NCBI GenBank assembly: GCA_030445865.1
Contig: JASUSV010000004.1
Span: forward strand, 10,061 to 74,060
Direction of reading: 5' to 3'
Length of the DNA: 64,000 bases
Source of the DNA: Clostridia bacterium
GTDB lineage: Bacteria; Bacillota; DSM-521; Neomoorellales; Neomoorellaceae
A program made the position numbers and the translations under genes. Shown here piece by piece: positions 1 to 8,720 of the stretch. Position 1 is the first letter of the stretch; each line of letters opens with the position of its first letter. The notes under the pieces are model-generated. The model ran no database searches and was not told the origin of the DNA. It saw only the letters and a program-made list of their open reading frames with translations.

Positions 1-1810
1 TAAGTTCCTGGAAGGCGAGGTAAACGTCCTCAGCTGTTCGACCACTTTTGAGTTGGGTGTCGACGTCGGAGAGTTGGAGGCAGTGTTTATGCGCAATATG
101 CCCCCTTCCGTGTCCAACTATATTCAGAGAGCCGGCCGTGCCGGAAGACGAGCGGACACTGTGGCTTTTGCCCTGACCTTTGCTCAGCGGCGCTCCCACG
201 ACCTCGACCATTATCGCGAACCCTGGCGGATGATTGCGGGGAAGGTGCAGGCTCCTTATTTTAAAATCGAAAACGAGAAGATCGTTCGGCGGCATGTTTA
301 CGCCACCGCCCTTTCTGCCTTTTGGCGCAGTGCGGAAGAATACCGCGAACTGTTTGGAACGGTTGGAGACTTCTTCTTCAGAGAAGGCCGCAGCGGACCG
401 GACCTATTTGCAGCGTATCTTGAGAGCCGGCCAATCTCGCTGTTGGATTCCGTCAAAAAGATTGTTCCACCCGGCTTACACGATAGTCTGGACCTTGAGG
501 GATGGGGTTGGGTGGCAGGCCTTTTCGACCCCCGGGATGGCCTTCTGCTTAAAGCGGAAGAGGAGGTTAAAAACGACGTTGAGCAATTAGAGGAGCTGAG
601 ACAAAAGTTATTTGGTGAGGGAAAGCCGGTCGATCATCTGACAAGGTTGATTAATACGTTGAAAGGCAAGTATCTTATCGACTTTCTGTCCAACCGAAAC
701 GTCATTCCCAAATATGGCTTCCCGGTCGATGTGGTGGAACTGCAACTATTGCATCACGGCGAGGAAGCGAGAAGGCTACAGCTGGAGCGGGATCTCCGCA
801 TCGCCTTGTCGGAGTACGCGCCGAGCAGCCAGGTCGTAGCTGGAGGAAGGTTGTGGACGAGCCGTTACATAAAAAGGCTGCCCAACAGGGAATGGGAGCG
901 TTTCAGATATGCTATTTGTGAGCAGTGCCAGAGCATCGTCCGGGCGCGAACGGAGTTGGTCGAAGCCAGGGGGGAGCTGGCGGAACGCTTTAGGCAATGT
1001 CCCGTTTGCGGGCAACGCTACGCAAATCAGGGAGTTTTTATTATTCCGTCCTTCGGATTTCTTACTGATATAAAAGGACCTGCGGTACCCGGGGAGGAGA
1101 GGCCAGAAAGGACCTACAGCACCCGCGCGTACTTTTCAGGTGAGGCCGACGAAGAAGACAGTATTGAGGTTTCGCTTCGCGGGGCTAGGCTGAAAGCGGT
1201 GCCGGCTTCACGCGGAAAACTGGTGGTAATTAACAACGCAGGGCATATTGGATTTAAAGTCTGCCAGCGTTGCGGGTATTCGGTTATGGGAAATGAGCGA
1301 GTACCAAATCCACATCCCATGCCGTGGGGTGCCGAATGCTCCGGTACGCTGCAGAGCCGTTTGTCTCTGGGCCACGAGTTCGAAACCGATATTCTTAAAC
1401 TTACTTTTGAGGGTTACGAGAATGCCGAGCGCGGCTTCTGGTACTCTTTGCTCTATGCTCTTCTGGAAGGTATCAGTAAAGCGCTGGATATCGAACGGCA
1501 GGATCTTGACGGCTGTCTTTATCCAGCTTCCCCTAATCCGGCCGTTCGGACGTTGGTGATCTTCGACGACGTGCCGGGTGGTGCCGGGCACGTCCGGCGG
1601 GTGGCAAATAAAGATTCCCTGGTGAAGGTCCTCCACACATCTTTGGAGCGACTGGCGCAGTGTGAGTGTGGAGGGCCTGACGGCGACGCGAGTTGCTACG
1701 GGTGCCTGCGGCATTACGGAAACCAGTTCTGCCATGAATTGCTGAAAAGAGGACCTGTCATCGCTTTTCTACGGGGTGTGCTTGCCGAAAAGTCAGCTAT
1801 TTTCCTTTAG
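1..1810 (+). CDS. DEAD/DEAH-box helicase, C-terminal portion with a DUF1998/MZB-type Cys-rich domain (5' end outside the window)
   Basis: The frame is open from base 2. Helicase motif V-like STTFELGVDVG and motif VI QRAGRAGRR are present. Downstream motifs are typical of DUF1998 helicases: NVIPKYGFPVDVVEL, ALSEYAPSSQVVAGG, and the Cys clusters CEQCQ..CPVCG, CQRCG and CECGG..CYGCL. Confidence 0.8.
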   Translation, partial: KFLEGEVNVLSCSTTFELGVDVGELEAVFMRNMPPSVSNYIQRAGRAGRRADTVAFALTFAQRRSHDLDHYREPWRMIAGKVQAPYFKIENEKIVRRHVYATALSAFWRSAEEYRELFGTVGDFFFREGRSGPDLFAAYLESRPISLLDSVKKIVPPGLHDSLDLEGWGWVAGLFDPRDGLLLKAEEEVKNDVEQLEELRQKLFGEGKPVDHLTRLINTLKGKYLIDFLSNRNVIPKYGFPVDVVELQLLHHGEEARRLQLERDLRIALSEYAPSSQVVAGGRLWTSRYIKRLPNREWERFRYAICEQCQSIVRARTELVEARGELAERFRQCPVCGQRYANQGVFIIPSFGFLTDIKGPAVPGEERPERTYSTRAYFSGEADEEDSIEVSLRGARLKAVPASRGKLVVINNAGHIGFKVCQRCGYSVMGNERVPNPHPMPWGAECSGTLQSRLSLGHEFETDILKLTFEGYENAERGFWYSLLYALLEGISKALDIERQDLDGCLYPASPNPAVRTLVIFDDVPGGAGHVRRVANKDSLVKVLHTSLERLAQCECGGPDGDASCYGCLRHYGNQFCHELLKRGPVIAFLRGVLAEKSAIFL

Positions 1811-2091
1811 GCCAAGAATTTTATCGATGGCTGTATTACACTGGGCCGTAGACGGGGAAGAAGTATAGCGAGAATATGCAGCTTAATGCTGAACTGGTAA
1901 AGGTTTGATGGGAAAGGCATCGTCCAGGAGCTAGCTGACATTCCGCGGTAGGCCCGCGGGCTGGCTTTACACAGCTCTCAGCGTCAGAGACTGGTCAACC
2001 TTTTTTTGAGCGCATGGTTCCGGTGCAGCGGCTCGCTGCAGGAATATGGAGAATAGTGAAGTCCCGGGTCTTCCTTCCTGGTAAATTTAGG

Positions 2092-2120
2092 AAAAAGGGC
2101 TCCTTACTGGAGTCCTTTTC
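2092..2120. terminator. Bidirectional intrinsic-terminator-like hairpin
   Basis: Sequence is AAAAA-GGGCTCC-TTACT-GGAGTCC-TTTT. The 7-bp stem has one G-U pair and is flanked by an A-run and a T-run. Confidence 0.4.
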
Positions 2121-2318
2121 CTGTATTAGGACAATCTGCAGCCTTCGTAAAATGTAGGGGAAGGGGAGATGACCGGTGCCAGGTAAAAACCTTAAAGTTA
2201 AGGCTTCAAGGCATTTTCCTATTAACTTGAAAGTTGTTTATTCCTCCGAAGACAGTACAGGACTGCAAGATGCGTACCGTTTATTGGCGCAGAAGCTATT
2301 GGAGGCTAGAGCGAGCAA

Positions 2319-3812
2319 GTGCAGGCAGCAATCTATATAAGGGTTAGCACTGAGGAGCAGGCCAGGCACGGTTATAGCCTGGCGGAGCAGCGTGAGGCTT
2401 GCTACCGCCGGGCTATTTCGTTAGGTGCTACGGCAATATTAGAATTTGCCGATGAAGGTGTGAGCGGGGCCACCCTGGACAGGCCAGGGTTGAACGCTTT
2501 GCGCGAGGCGGCTCGAGCGGGTCGTATAGGCGTTATAATCGTGCGCGATCCGGACCGCTTATCAAGGAGGTTGGCGCACCAGCTACTTCTCACGGAAGAA
2601 TTTGAGAAATCCGGGGTGCGGCTGGATTTCCTGGACTTCACCTGGCAGGATACCCCGGAAGGACGCATGTTTTATGCCATCAGGGGGGCCATTGCCGAGT
2701 TTGAAAAGGAAAAGATCCGGGAGCGCATGATCAGGGGGAAGACTCAGAAAGCCAGGCAAGGCGGCATTCCTATGGGTTTTTATAACTATGGCTATGCATA
2801 TGATCCGGAGACCGGCAAGGTATCAGTACTGGAAGAAGAAGCAGTAGTAGTGAAGAATATTTTCCAATGGTTTGTCCGGGAAGATATAGGGGTTAACGGT
2901 GTTGCCAAGCGGTTAAACGATCTGGGGATACCGACCCGGAAACGGCAAGGCCTATGGCATCGAGTGGTAGTAAGACAGATATTAACTAACCCGGTATACA
3001 CGGGAACGTGGAGATACAAAGATATAAATATTTCAGTTCCTCCTATAATTGAACCTGCTCTTTGGAAGAAAGCCCAGGAGAAATTGAAGGAGGCCCGGCG
3101 TTTATGGGCCGGCAGGAGCCGGTATAATTACCTTTTAAGTGGGTTGATTACTTGTGCCGATTGCGGTAACAGCATGACCGGCGCATACTCTAAATGGTGG
3201 GGGGTTAGAGAACGACGATATACTTGTAGAAAAAACAGCCAAGGTACGAGAAATTCAGGTTGCAGGCCTTCTAAGATGCTGCTGGCTGAACCCCTGGAGA
3301 ATGTGGTGTGGGAACAGGTATGTTTTTGGCTTAAGGATCCTGATAGGCTTGTTAAAGCTGCATTAGAATTTTCGCCCCAGGTGGAAGAAATAAATAAAGA
3401 GCTAAAGCACATCGAAAGACATTTGAAGGAAATTGAGAAGGGCAGGACGGCTATCCTGGATGCACTAGCTTCGGGCCTCTTAGACTTAGATGCGCAAACA
3501 AAAAATAAACTGGCTGAGTTAAAGCGACGAAAGGAAAGACTGGAGCAACGCCAGCAAGGGCTCAAGGTGGCCCTGCAGGGGGCGGAAACTATGGAACAAA
3601 GGCTTGAGGATTTACGTGTATTGGCAAAGGAGGTGTTAGCCAGGCTGGATGAGCTTGATTTCCCTTCAAAGAAGTCACTGATCAGGGCGGTGGTGGCCCA
3701 GGTGATCATCTCGGGACTTGTAAGCCCCGGGAGACATGGCCTGTCAGGGGTAAGCGTTACTGTTGTTGCCAAAATGCCTGGCCCGGAGACTGGTGTCGTT
3801 GACAATATTTGA
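2319..3812 (+). CDS. spoIVCA: Large serine recombinase (SpoIVCA-like)
   Basis: The N-terminal resolvase catalytic motif AIYIRVSTEEQ is present. It is followed by a recombinase domain, the zinc ribbon CADCGNSMTG..YTCRK and a long C-terminal coiled coil. The 497-aa size and the position abutting split sigK match SpoIVCA. The start is GTG, with GGAGG 13 nt upstream. Confidence 0.85.
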   Translation: MQAAIYIRVSTEEQARHGYSLAEQREACYRRAISLGATAILEFADEGVSGATLDRPGLNALREAARAGRIGVIIVRDPDRLSRRLAHQLLLTEEFEKSGVRLDFLDFTWQDTPEGRMFYAIRGAIAEFEKEKIRERMIRGKTQKARQGGIPMGFYNYGYAYDPETGKVSVLEEEAVVVKNIFQWFVREDIGVNGVAKRLNDLGIPTRKRQGLWHRVVVRQILTNPVYTGTWRYKDINISVPPIIEPALWKKAQEKLKEARRLWAGRSRYNYLLSGLITCADCGNSMTGAYSKWWGVRERRYTCRKNSQGTRNSGCRPSKMLLAEPLENVVWEQVCFWLKDPDRLVKAALEFSPQVEEINKELKHIERHLKEIEKGRTAILDALASGLLDLDAQTKNKLAELKRRKERLEQRQQGLKVALQGAETMEQRLEDLRVLAKEVLARLDELDFPSKKSLIRAVVAQVIISGLVSPGRHGLSGVSVTVVAKMPGPETGVVDNI

Positions 3813-4198
3813 CGCTGCACTTAGTAATTAAGATTGAGATTCTCATGCACCTGCGGGCCACCAAAAAGATGAGAAGCGAAGTATCGCTTTCCGACCCCAT
3901 CGGCGTAGACCGGGATGGCAATGAGATAACTTTGATGGATGTCTTAAGTTCCGAGCAGGATGTAGCCGAAGCAGTGGAGAATAGCTACGATCGTGAGCAG
4001 ATAATTACAAAAATTAATCTTCTTAATAAAAAAGAACGATGGGTCCTGGAAATGCGCTACGGGCTTTTCCGGGGTTTACGCCGTACCCAGCGGGAAATAG
4101 CCAGAAGGATGGGTATATCCCGCTCCTATGTTTCGCGTATCGAGAAGAAGGCCCTACAGAAATTGCTGCGAGAATTGACCGCCGAAAACTGCCGCTGA
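3809..4198 (+). CDS. sigK: 3' segment of split RNA polymerase sigma-K gene (regions 3-4 only); homology begins at about 3830
   Basis: The segment EILMHLRATKK..VSLSDPIGVDRDGNEITLMDVL..TQREIARRMGISRSYVSRIEKKAL matches my recollection of B. subtilis SigK (NEILMHLRALKK..DPIGQDKEGNEISLIDVL..GISRSYVSRIEKRAL). The first ~8 codons (MTLHLVIK) are not SigK-like, and regions 1.2-2.4 are absent. Confidence 0.85.
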   Translation: MTLHLVIKIEILMHLRATKKMRSEVSLSDPIGVDRDGNEITLMDVLSSEQDVAEAVENSYDREQIITKINLLNKKERWVLEMRYGLFRGLRRTQREIARRMGISRSYVSRIEKKALQKLLRELTAENCR

Positions 4199-4202
4199 AA
4201 AG

Positions 4203-4230
4203 TTACACTTAAGGGGAGTTATGGTATAAT
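4203..4230 (+). promoter_or_regulatory. SigA-type promoter candidate for the yqeG-aro operon
   Basis: TTACAC (4203-4208), a 16-nt spacer, then the extended -10 TGgTATAAT (4222-4230), about 45 nt upstream of the yqeG start. Confidence 0.45.
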
Positions 4231-4273
4231 TCTAGCTATAATTATGGGGAAAACCCGGCGATGAGGGTGAAAA

Positions 4274-4780
4274 ATGTTCAAATTTCTCCAACCCGATCTC
4301 TATGTAGAGTCTTTGCTCGCCATACCTTACGAAAGGTTATGGCAGCAGGGAATCCGGGGTTTTATCGTGGATCTCGATAATACGGTAACGGAATGGAACC
4401 TGGAGACTTTGCGGCCGGAGGTAAAGGAATGGTTTAATCGCGTCAGGGAAAAGGGCTTCAAAACGTGTCTGGTTTCCAATAATCGGGAAAACAGGGTGGC
4501 AAGTGTAGCCGAAATCCTGGATATCCCTTGTATTTCCAGGGCCGGCAAGCCGAGACGCAGGGCTTTTCGTCAGGCTATGGGAGTAATGGGAACCCGCAGA
4601 GAGGAAACCGCGGTTGTGGGCGACCAGTTGTTTACCGACATTCTGGGGGGTAACCGCCTGGGCCTTTATACCGTTCTGGTGGTTCCGCTGACGCGAAGGG
4701 AGTTCATCGGTACGCAACTGGTACGCAAGATCGAGCGCCTGGTTTTGAGGACCCTTTCTTTGGACAGGCCTCAACATTAG
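4274..4780 (+). CDS. yqeG: YqeG-family HAD-IIIA phosphatase
   Basis: HAD motif I IVDLDNTV is present, the size is 168 aa, and the gene precedes aroE as in Bacillus. Confidence 0.8.
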   Translation: MFKFLQPDLYVESLLAIPYERLWQQGIRGFIVDLDNTVTEWNLETLRPEVKEWFNRVREKGFKTCLVSNNRENRVASVAEILDIPCISRAGKPRRRAFRQAMGVMGTRREETAVVGDQLFTDILGGNRLGLYTVLVVPLTRREFIGTQLVRKIERLVLRTLSLDRPQH

Positions 4781-4806
4781 CCCGCACCGGAAAGTGAGGG
4801 AAATAC

Positions 4807-5664
4807 TTGGACGCCCGAACGAAACTAACCGGTATTATCGGCTACCCTGTTGAACATTCCTTTTCTCCGGCCATGCACAATGCCGCCTTTGTCGCCTGCG
4901 GACTGAACTGGGTTTACCTGGCCTTCGCGGTCAGGAAGGAGTTACTGGCCGACGCCCTGGCCGGAGTTCGCGGCCTCGGCCTGGTCGGGATCAACGTAAC
5001 CGTACCCCACAAAGAGGAAGTCCTGCCCCTGTTGGACGAACTCGACCCTTTGGCTGCTCGAATCGGCGCCGTGAACACCGTGGTCAACGAAGGCGGGCGT
5101 CTTAAGGGATATAACACCGATGCCTACGGCTTCCTCACTTCCTTGCGCGAAGAAGGCTTCGATCCGGCAGGTAAAAAGGCGGTGATCCTGGGAGCAGGCG
5201 GGGCGGCGCGGGCGGTGGCTTTTGGCCTGGCAGGCGCAGGGCTGGGAGCGCTCGTTATAGCCAACCGCAGCCCGGAGAGGGCAAGGGAATTGGCGGCAGC
5301 TTTAAAGAAAAATATTCCCGCCCTCCAGGTTGAATGGGCGAGGCTGAGGCCCGAAGAGGTGGCCCCGGCCCTCCGGGAGGCCGACCTTCTGGTGCAGACG
5401 ACTAGCGTGGGCATGTACCCCAAAATCGATGTCTCTCCCTTGGAAGATTATTCCTGTCTGCGGCCGGGACTCTGGGTATACGATCTAGTGTATAACCCCA
5501 GGCAGACGAAATTTTTAAAGGCGGCCAGGGCGGCCGGCTGCCGTACGCTGGACGGTCTGGGTATGCTGGTTCATCAGGGGGCGGCTGCTTTCCGACTCTG
5601 GACAGGCCTGCAACCGCCGTTGGAAGTAATGCGGCAGGCCGTAGTTGAACGGCTGGGAGCTTGA
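4807..5664 (+). CDS. aroE: Shikimate dehydrogenase
   Basis: GIIGYPVEHSFSPAMHNAAF and the NVTVPHK motif are present, plus the NAD(P) fold GAGGAARAV. Confidence 0.92.
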   Translation: MDARTKLTGIIGYPVEHSFSPAMHNAAFVACGLNWVYLAFAVRKELLADALAGVRGLGLVGINVTVPHKEEVLPLLDELDPLAARIGAVNTVVNEGGRLKGYNTDAYGFLTSLREEGFDPAGKKAVILGAGGAARAVAFGLAGAGLGALVIANRSPERARELAAALKKNIPALQVEWARLRPEEVAPALREADLLVQTTSVGMYPKIDVSPLEDYSCLRPGLWVYDLVYNPRQTKFLKAARAAGCRTLDGLGMLVHQGAAAFRLWTGLQPPLEVMRQAVVERLGA

Positions 5665-5706
5665 GGTAAAAGGAAGCATCTGTTTTAGACAAGGGGGAAA
5701 ATCGTA

Positions 5707-6864
5707 TTGCTCCGCTATTTGACGGCCGGTGAATCCCACGGCCGCGGTTTGACGATAATCGTAGAGGGTCTGCCTGCCGGCGTTCCTCTTACCGCCTCCT
5801 ACCTTGAAGGCTGGCTCAGGCGGCGGCAGGGGGGGTACGGTCGAGGTGGCCGCATGCAAATAGAGCAGGATCGGGCCGAAATCCTGGCCGGGGTGCGGTC
5901 CGGTATAACCCTCGGTAGCCCGGTAGCCTTGTTTGTCCCTAACCGGGACTGGCAGAACTGGCAGCAGGTTATGACGCCGGAACCGGGGGCCGTGGAGTCC
6001 CGGGCGGTTACCAGGCCGCGGCCGGGCCATGCCGACCTTCCGGGCGGCCAGAAGTACCGCCAGAAAGACCTGCGTAACATCCTGGAGCGGGCGAGCGCCA
6101 GGGAGACGGCGGCGCGGGTGGCCGCGGGCGCGGTGGCCGCCGCCTTTTTGGAGGAGTTGGGGGTGGAGGTCGTCGGCCACGTGGTGGCCATCGGGCCGGT
6201 TCGGGTTGAGCGGGAGTTAACCTGGGAAGAGATCAGGTCTGCCCGCAATTCTCCCGTTTACTGCGCCGACCCGACCGCCAGTCAGGCGATGATGGACGCC
6301 ATCGATGCAGCCCGGGCCGGGGGGGATACTCTGGGAGGGGTTTTTGAAGTCTTGGTCGCCGGCTTACCTCCCGGCCTGGGCAGTCACGTGCACTGGGACA
6401 GGCGCCTGGACGGGAAACTGGCCCAGGCCTTGATGAGCATTCAGGCCGTTAAAGCCGTAGAGATCGGCGACGGCTTTGAGGTGGCGGCCAGGCCCGGTTC
6501 GGCCGCCCAAGACGAGATTTTCTATCATCCGGAGCGCGGGTTTTATCGCGGCACCAACCGTGCCGGCGGGTTGGAAGGCGGCATCACCAACGGTGAAGTA
6601 TTGAAGGTAAGGGCGGCGATGAAACCCATACCCACTTTGGGCCGGCCCCTCCGCAGCGTGGATATATACAGGAAAGAGGAAGTAGGAGCTGCGGTGGAGA
6701 GGTCGGACGTATGCGCGGTCCCGGCGGCGGCAGTAGTCGGTGAGGCGGCCGTGGCCTGGGTGCTGGCCGGGGCCTTTTTAGAAAAGTTCGGCGGCGACCA
6801 TCTGGAGGAGATCAAGGAGCGCTTGCAGGCCTACCGCGCCTACCTGCGGCGCTGGCCGGAGTAA
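5707..6864 (+). CDS. aroC: Chorismate synthase
   Basis: The N-terminus [14 protein letters not shown] and the segment RPGHAD are present; the length is 385 aa. Confidence 0.93.
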   Translation: MLRYLTAGESHGRGLTIIVEGLPAGVPLTASYLEGWLRRRQGGYGRGGRMQIEQDRAEILAGVRSGITLGSPVALFVPNRDWQNWQQVMTPEPGAVESRAVTRPRPGHADLPGGQKYRQKDLRNILERASARETAARVAAGAVAAAFLEELGVEVVGHVVAIGPVRVERELTWEEIRSARNSPVYCADPTASQAMMDAIDAARAGGDTLGGVFEVLVAGLPPGLGSHVHWDRRLDGKLAQALMSIQAVKAVEIGDGFEVAARPGSAAQDEIFYHPERGFYRGTNRAGGLEGGITNGEVLKVRAAMKPIPTLGRPLRSVDIYRKEEVGAAVERSDVCAVPAAAVVGEAAVAWVLAGAFLEKFGGDHLEEIKERLQAYRAYLRRWPE

Positions 6865-6933
6865 ACCTTCCCATAAATGAAGCCGCCGCTCCGGCAAGGA
6901 GTACCGTTTCGGAAGTATAGGAGAGGGGTTAAT

Positions 6934-7467
6934 GTGGATAATTTCAGGGGCAAAAGCATCATTCTCATCGGCTTTATGGGCACCGGCAAAACCATCGTTG
7001 GGAGGTTGCTGGCGGAAAGGCTGGGGAGGGAATTCATTGACACCGACGAGCTGGTGGAAGAAGCCATGGGCTTGTCCATACCTTTAATCTTTCGGCGCTA
7101 CGGCGAGAGCCGTTTCCGCGCTGAAGAAAAAGCTGCCGTAGCCCGGGCAACTGCCCGGCAGGGGGCGGTAATTGCTACCGGAGGAGGAGCCGTTTTAGAC
7201 CCGGAAAACGTTGCCCGCCTTAAGGAAGCGGGGGTAATTATCTGGCTTCAGGCTACGCCGGAAGCCATCTTTGAGCGTACCGGGCGGGGAGAAGGTCGCC
7301 CCCTGCTGGAAGGCCGCCATTCCGTTGAAGTTATTGCCGGCCTGTTGGAGAGAAGGATGCCTTATTATCAACAGGCTGCCGACTTAATTATAAATACCAC
7401 CGGCCGGCCGCCGGAAGAAATAGCCAGGCAAATAGAGCAGGAGTTGAATTTATGGTCGCCGAATTGA
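6934..7467 (+). CDS. aroK: Shikimate kinase
   Basis: The P-loop GFMGTGKT and DTDELVEE are present. The ORF is open from 6877, but a GTG at 6934 preceded by AGGAGAGGGG is the more likely start. Confidence 0.85.
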   Translation: MDNFRGKSIILIGFMGTGKTIVGRLLAERLGREFIDTDELVEEAMGLSIPLIFRRYGESRFRAEEKAAVARATARQGAVIATGGGAVLDPENVARLKEAGVIIWLQATPEAIFERTGRGEGRPLLEGRHSVEVIAGLLERRMPYYQQAADLIINTTGRPPEEIARQIEQELNLWSPN

Positions 7468-8525
7468 CGGTTAACCTGGGCCAGCGCAGTTACCGCATTA
7501 TCTGCGGCCCGGGCCTCTTGGAGCAAGCGGGTGTTTTGCTCGCGGAACTAAAGCTTTCGCGCCGCTGCTTGATAGTTACCAACCCGGTAGTCGGCCCGCT
7601 TTACGCGCCCCGGGTTGAAGAAAGCTTGGCAGGGGCCGGGTTTAACCCTAAAGTGGTTACCGTGCCGGAAGGGGAAGAAGCCAAGACCCTGGCTGTTGCC
7701 GCCAGGTTATACGACGCCGCTTTAGAAGCGGGGCTAGACCGCGGCTCGGCCGTAATCGCCCTCGGAGGCGGTGTGGTGGGTGACGTGGCCGGATTTGTGG
7801 CCGCCACCCTCTTGCGCGGCGTGCCTTTTATCCAACTGCCTACCACCCTTCTGGCTCAGGTGGATGCCAGCGTTGGAGGCAAAGTGGCCGTCAACCATCC
7901 CCTGGGCAAGAACCTGATCGGCGCTTTTTATCAACCCCGGCTTGTAGCGGCCGATCTCGCAACTTTGCGAACCCTGCCGCCGCGGGAGGTGCGGGCAGGG
8001 CTGGCCGAGGTAATTAAATACGGCGTCATTGCCGAAGCCGATTTTTTTGCTTACCTGGAGAATAACCTGGAGGCCGCCTTGAACCTTGATCCGGCGGTGC
8101 TGACGGAAATAGTTTACCGCTCCTGCCGGATTAAAGCCCGGGTGGTAGAGGCCGATGAGCGTGAAAGCGGCCTGCGGGCCATCTTAAACTTCGGCCACAC
8201 CGTAGGGCACGCCCTGGAGGCTTTAACAGGCTTTAAAGAGCTTCACCACGGCGAGGGTGTGGCCATTGGCATGGTAGCGGCCAGCCGCCTGGCCCAGCGG
8301 CGCGGGTGGCTCCAGGCGGGTGAGGTAGGGCGGCTGATCGATCTGTTAAAGCGGGCAGGGTTGCCGGTAGAAATGCCCTCCCTGGATCGCGGGGCCTTGC
8401 TGACGGCTATAGGCCGGGACAAAAAGATAAAAGACGGTACCCTGCACATGGTTCTGCCCAGAAGCATAGGAAAGGTTGAGGTTGTGCCGGTAGGCCTGAA
8501 GGAATTGGAAGCCGTACTTGCCTAG
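7452..8525 (+). CDS. aroB: 3-dehydroquinate synthase
   Basis: GGGVVGDVAGFVAAT..PFIQLPTTLLAQVDASVGGKVAVN is present, together with the His-rich metal site FGHTVGHALE. Confidence 0.93.
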   Translation: MVAELTVNLGQRSYRIICGPGLLEQAGVLLAELKLSRRCLIVTNPVVGPLYAPRVEESLAGAGFNPKVVTVPEGEEAKTLAVAARLYDAALEAGLDRGSAVIALGGGVVGDVAGFVAATLLRGVPFIQLPTTLLAQVDASVGGKVAVNHPLGKNLIGAFYQPRLVAADLATLRTLPPREVRAGLAEVIKYGVIAEADFFAYLENNLEAALNLDPAVLTEIVYRSCRIKARVVEADERESGLRAILNFGHTVGHALEALTGFKELHHGEGVAIGMVAASRLAQRRGWLQAGEVGRLIDLLKRAGLPVEMPSLDRGALLTAIGRDKKIKDGTLHMVLPRSIGKVEVVPVGLKELEAVLA

Positions 8526-8720
8526 GGAAGTGGTGCATTACCTGGAGGCTCTGCTGGAGAGGATGTGCGGACGCAGTCGGGACGGCTTTTGTCTGCGTTC
8601 TGGGGGCACGTCGGGCGGCTCAAGGAAGTAGCGGCCTAACTGATTTTCGGCTGCGGCCTGCGGACAGAACTTATGCCCGTAGCCAGGCGGGCGGCACCAA
8701 TAGCGGGGAGGTCAAGGAAA

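Larger units (their letters stand above)
1..3830 (+). mobile_element. Right-hand end of a sigK-intervening (skin-like) element; the left boundary lies outside the window
   Basis: A large serine recombinase gene ends at 3812. Only the 3' half of sigK follows it, with homology starting at about 3830. No 5' sigK half is present in 1..3800. The cargo gene (DUF1998 helicase) is unrelated to the flanking housekeeping genes. Confidence 0.7.

Noticed and set aside
2176-2340. A ~55-codon ORF (VPGKNLKVKASRHFPINLKVVYSSEDSTGLQDAYRLLAQKLLEA..) upstream of and overlapping the recombinase start
   Set aside because: It has a GTG start without a convincing RBS and no recognisable motif, and it overlaps the recombinase start. 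It could be a small accessory (RDF-like) protein, but nothing in the sequence supports that.
8567-8600. A hairpin after aroB (GACGCAG ... CTGCGTT) as a terminator
   Set aside because: It has a 16-nt loop, a wobble-closed 7-bp stem and no T-run, which is too weak to call.
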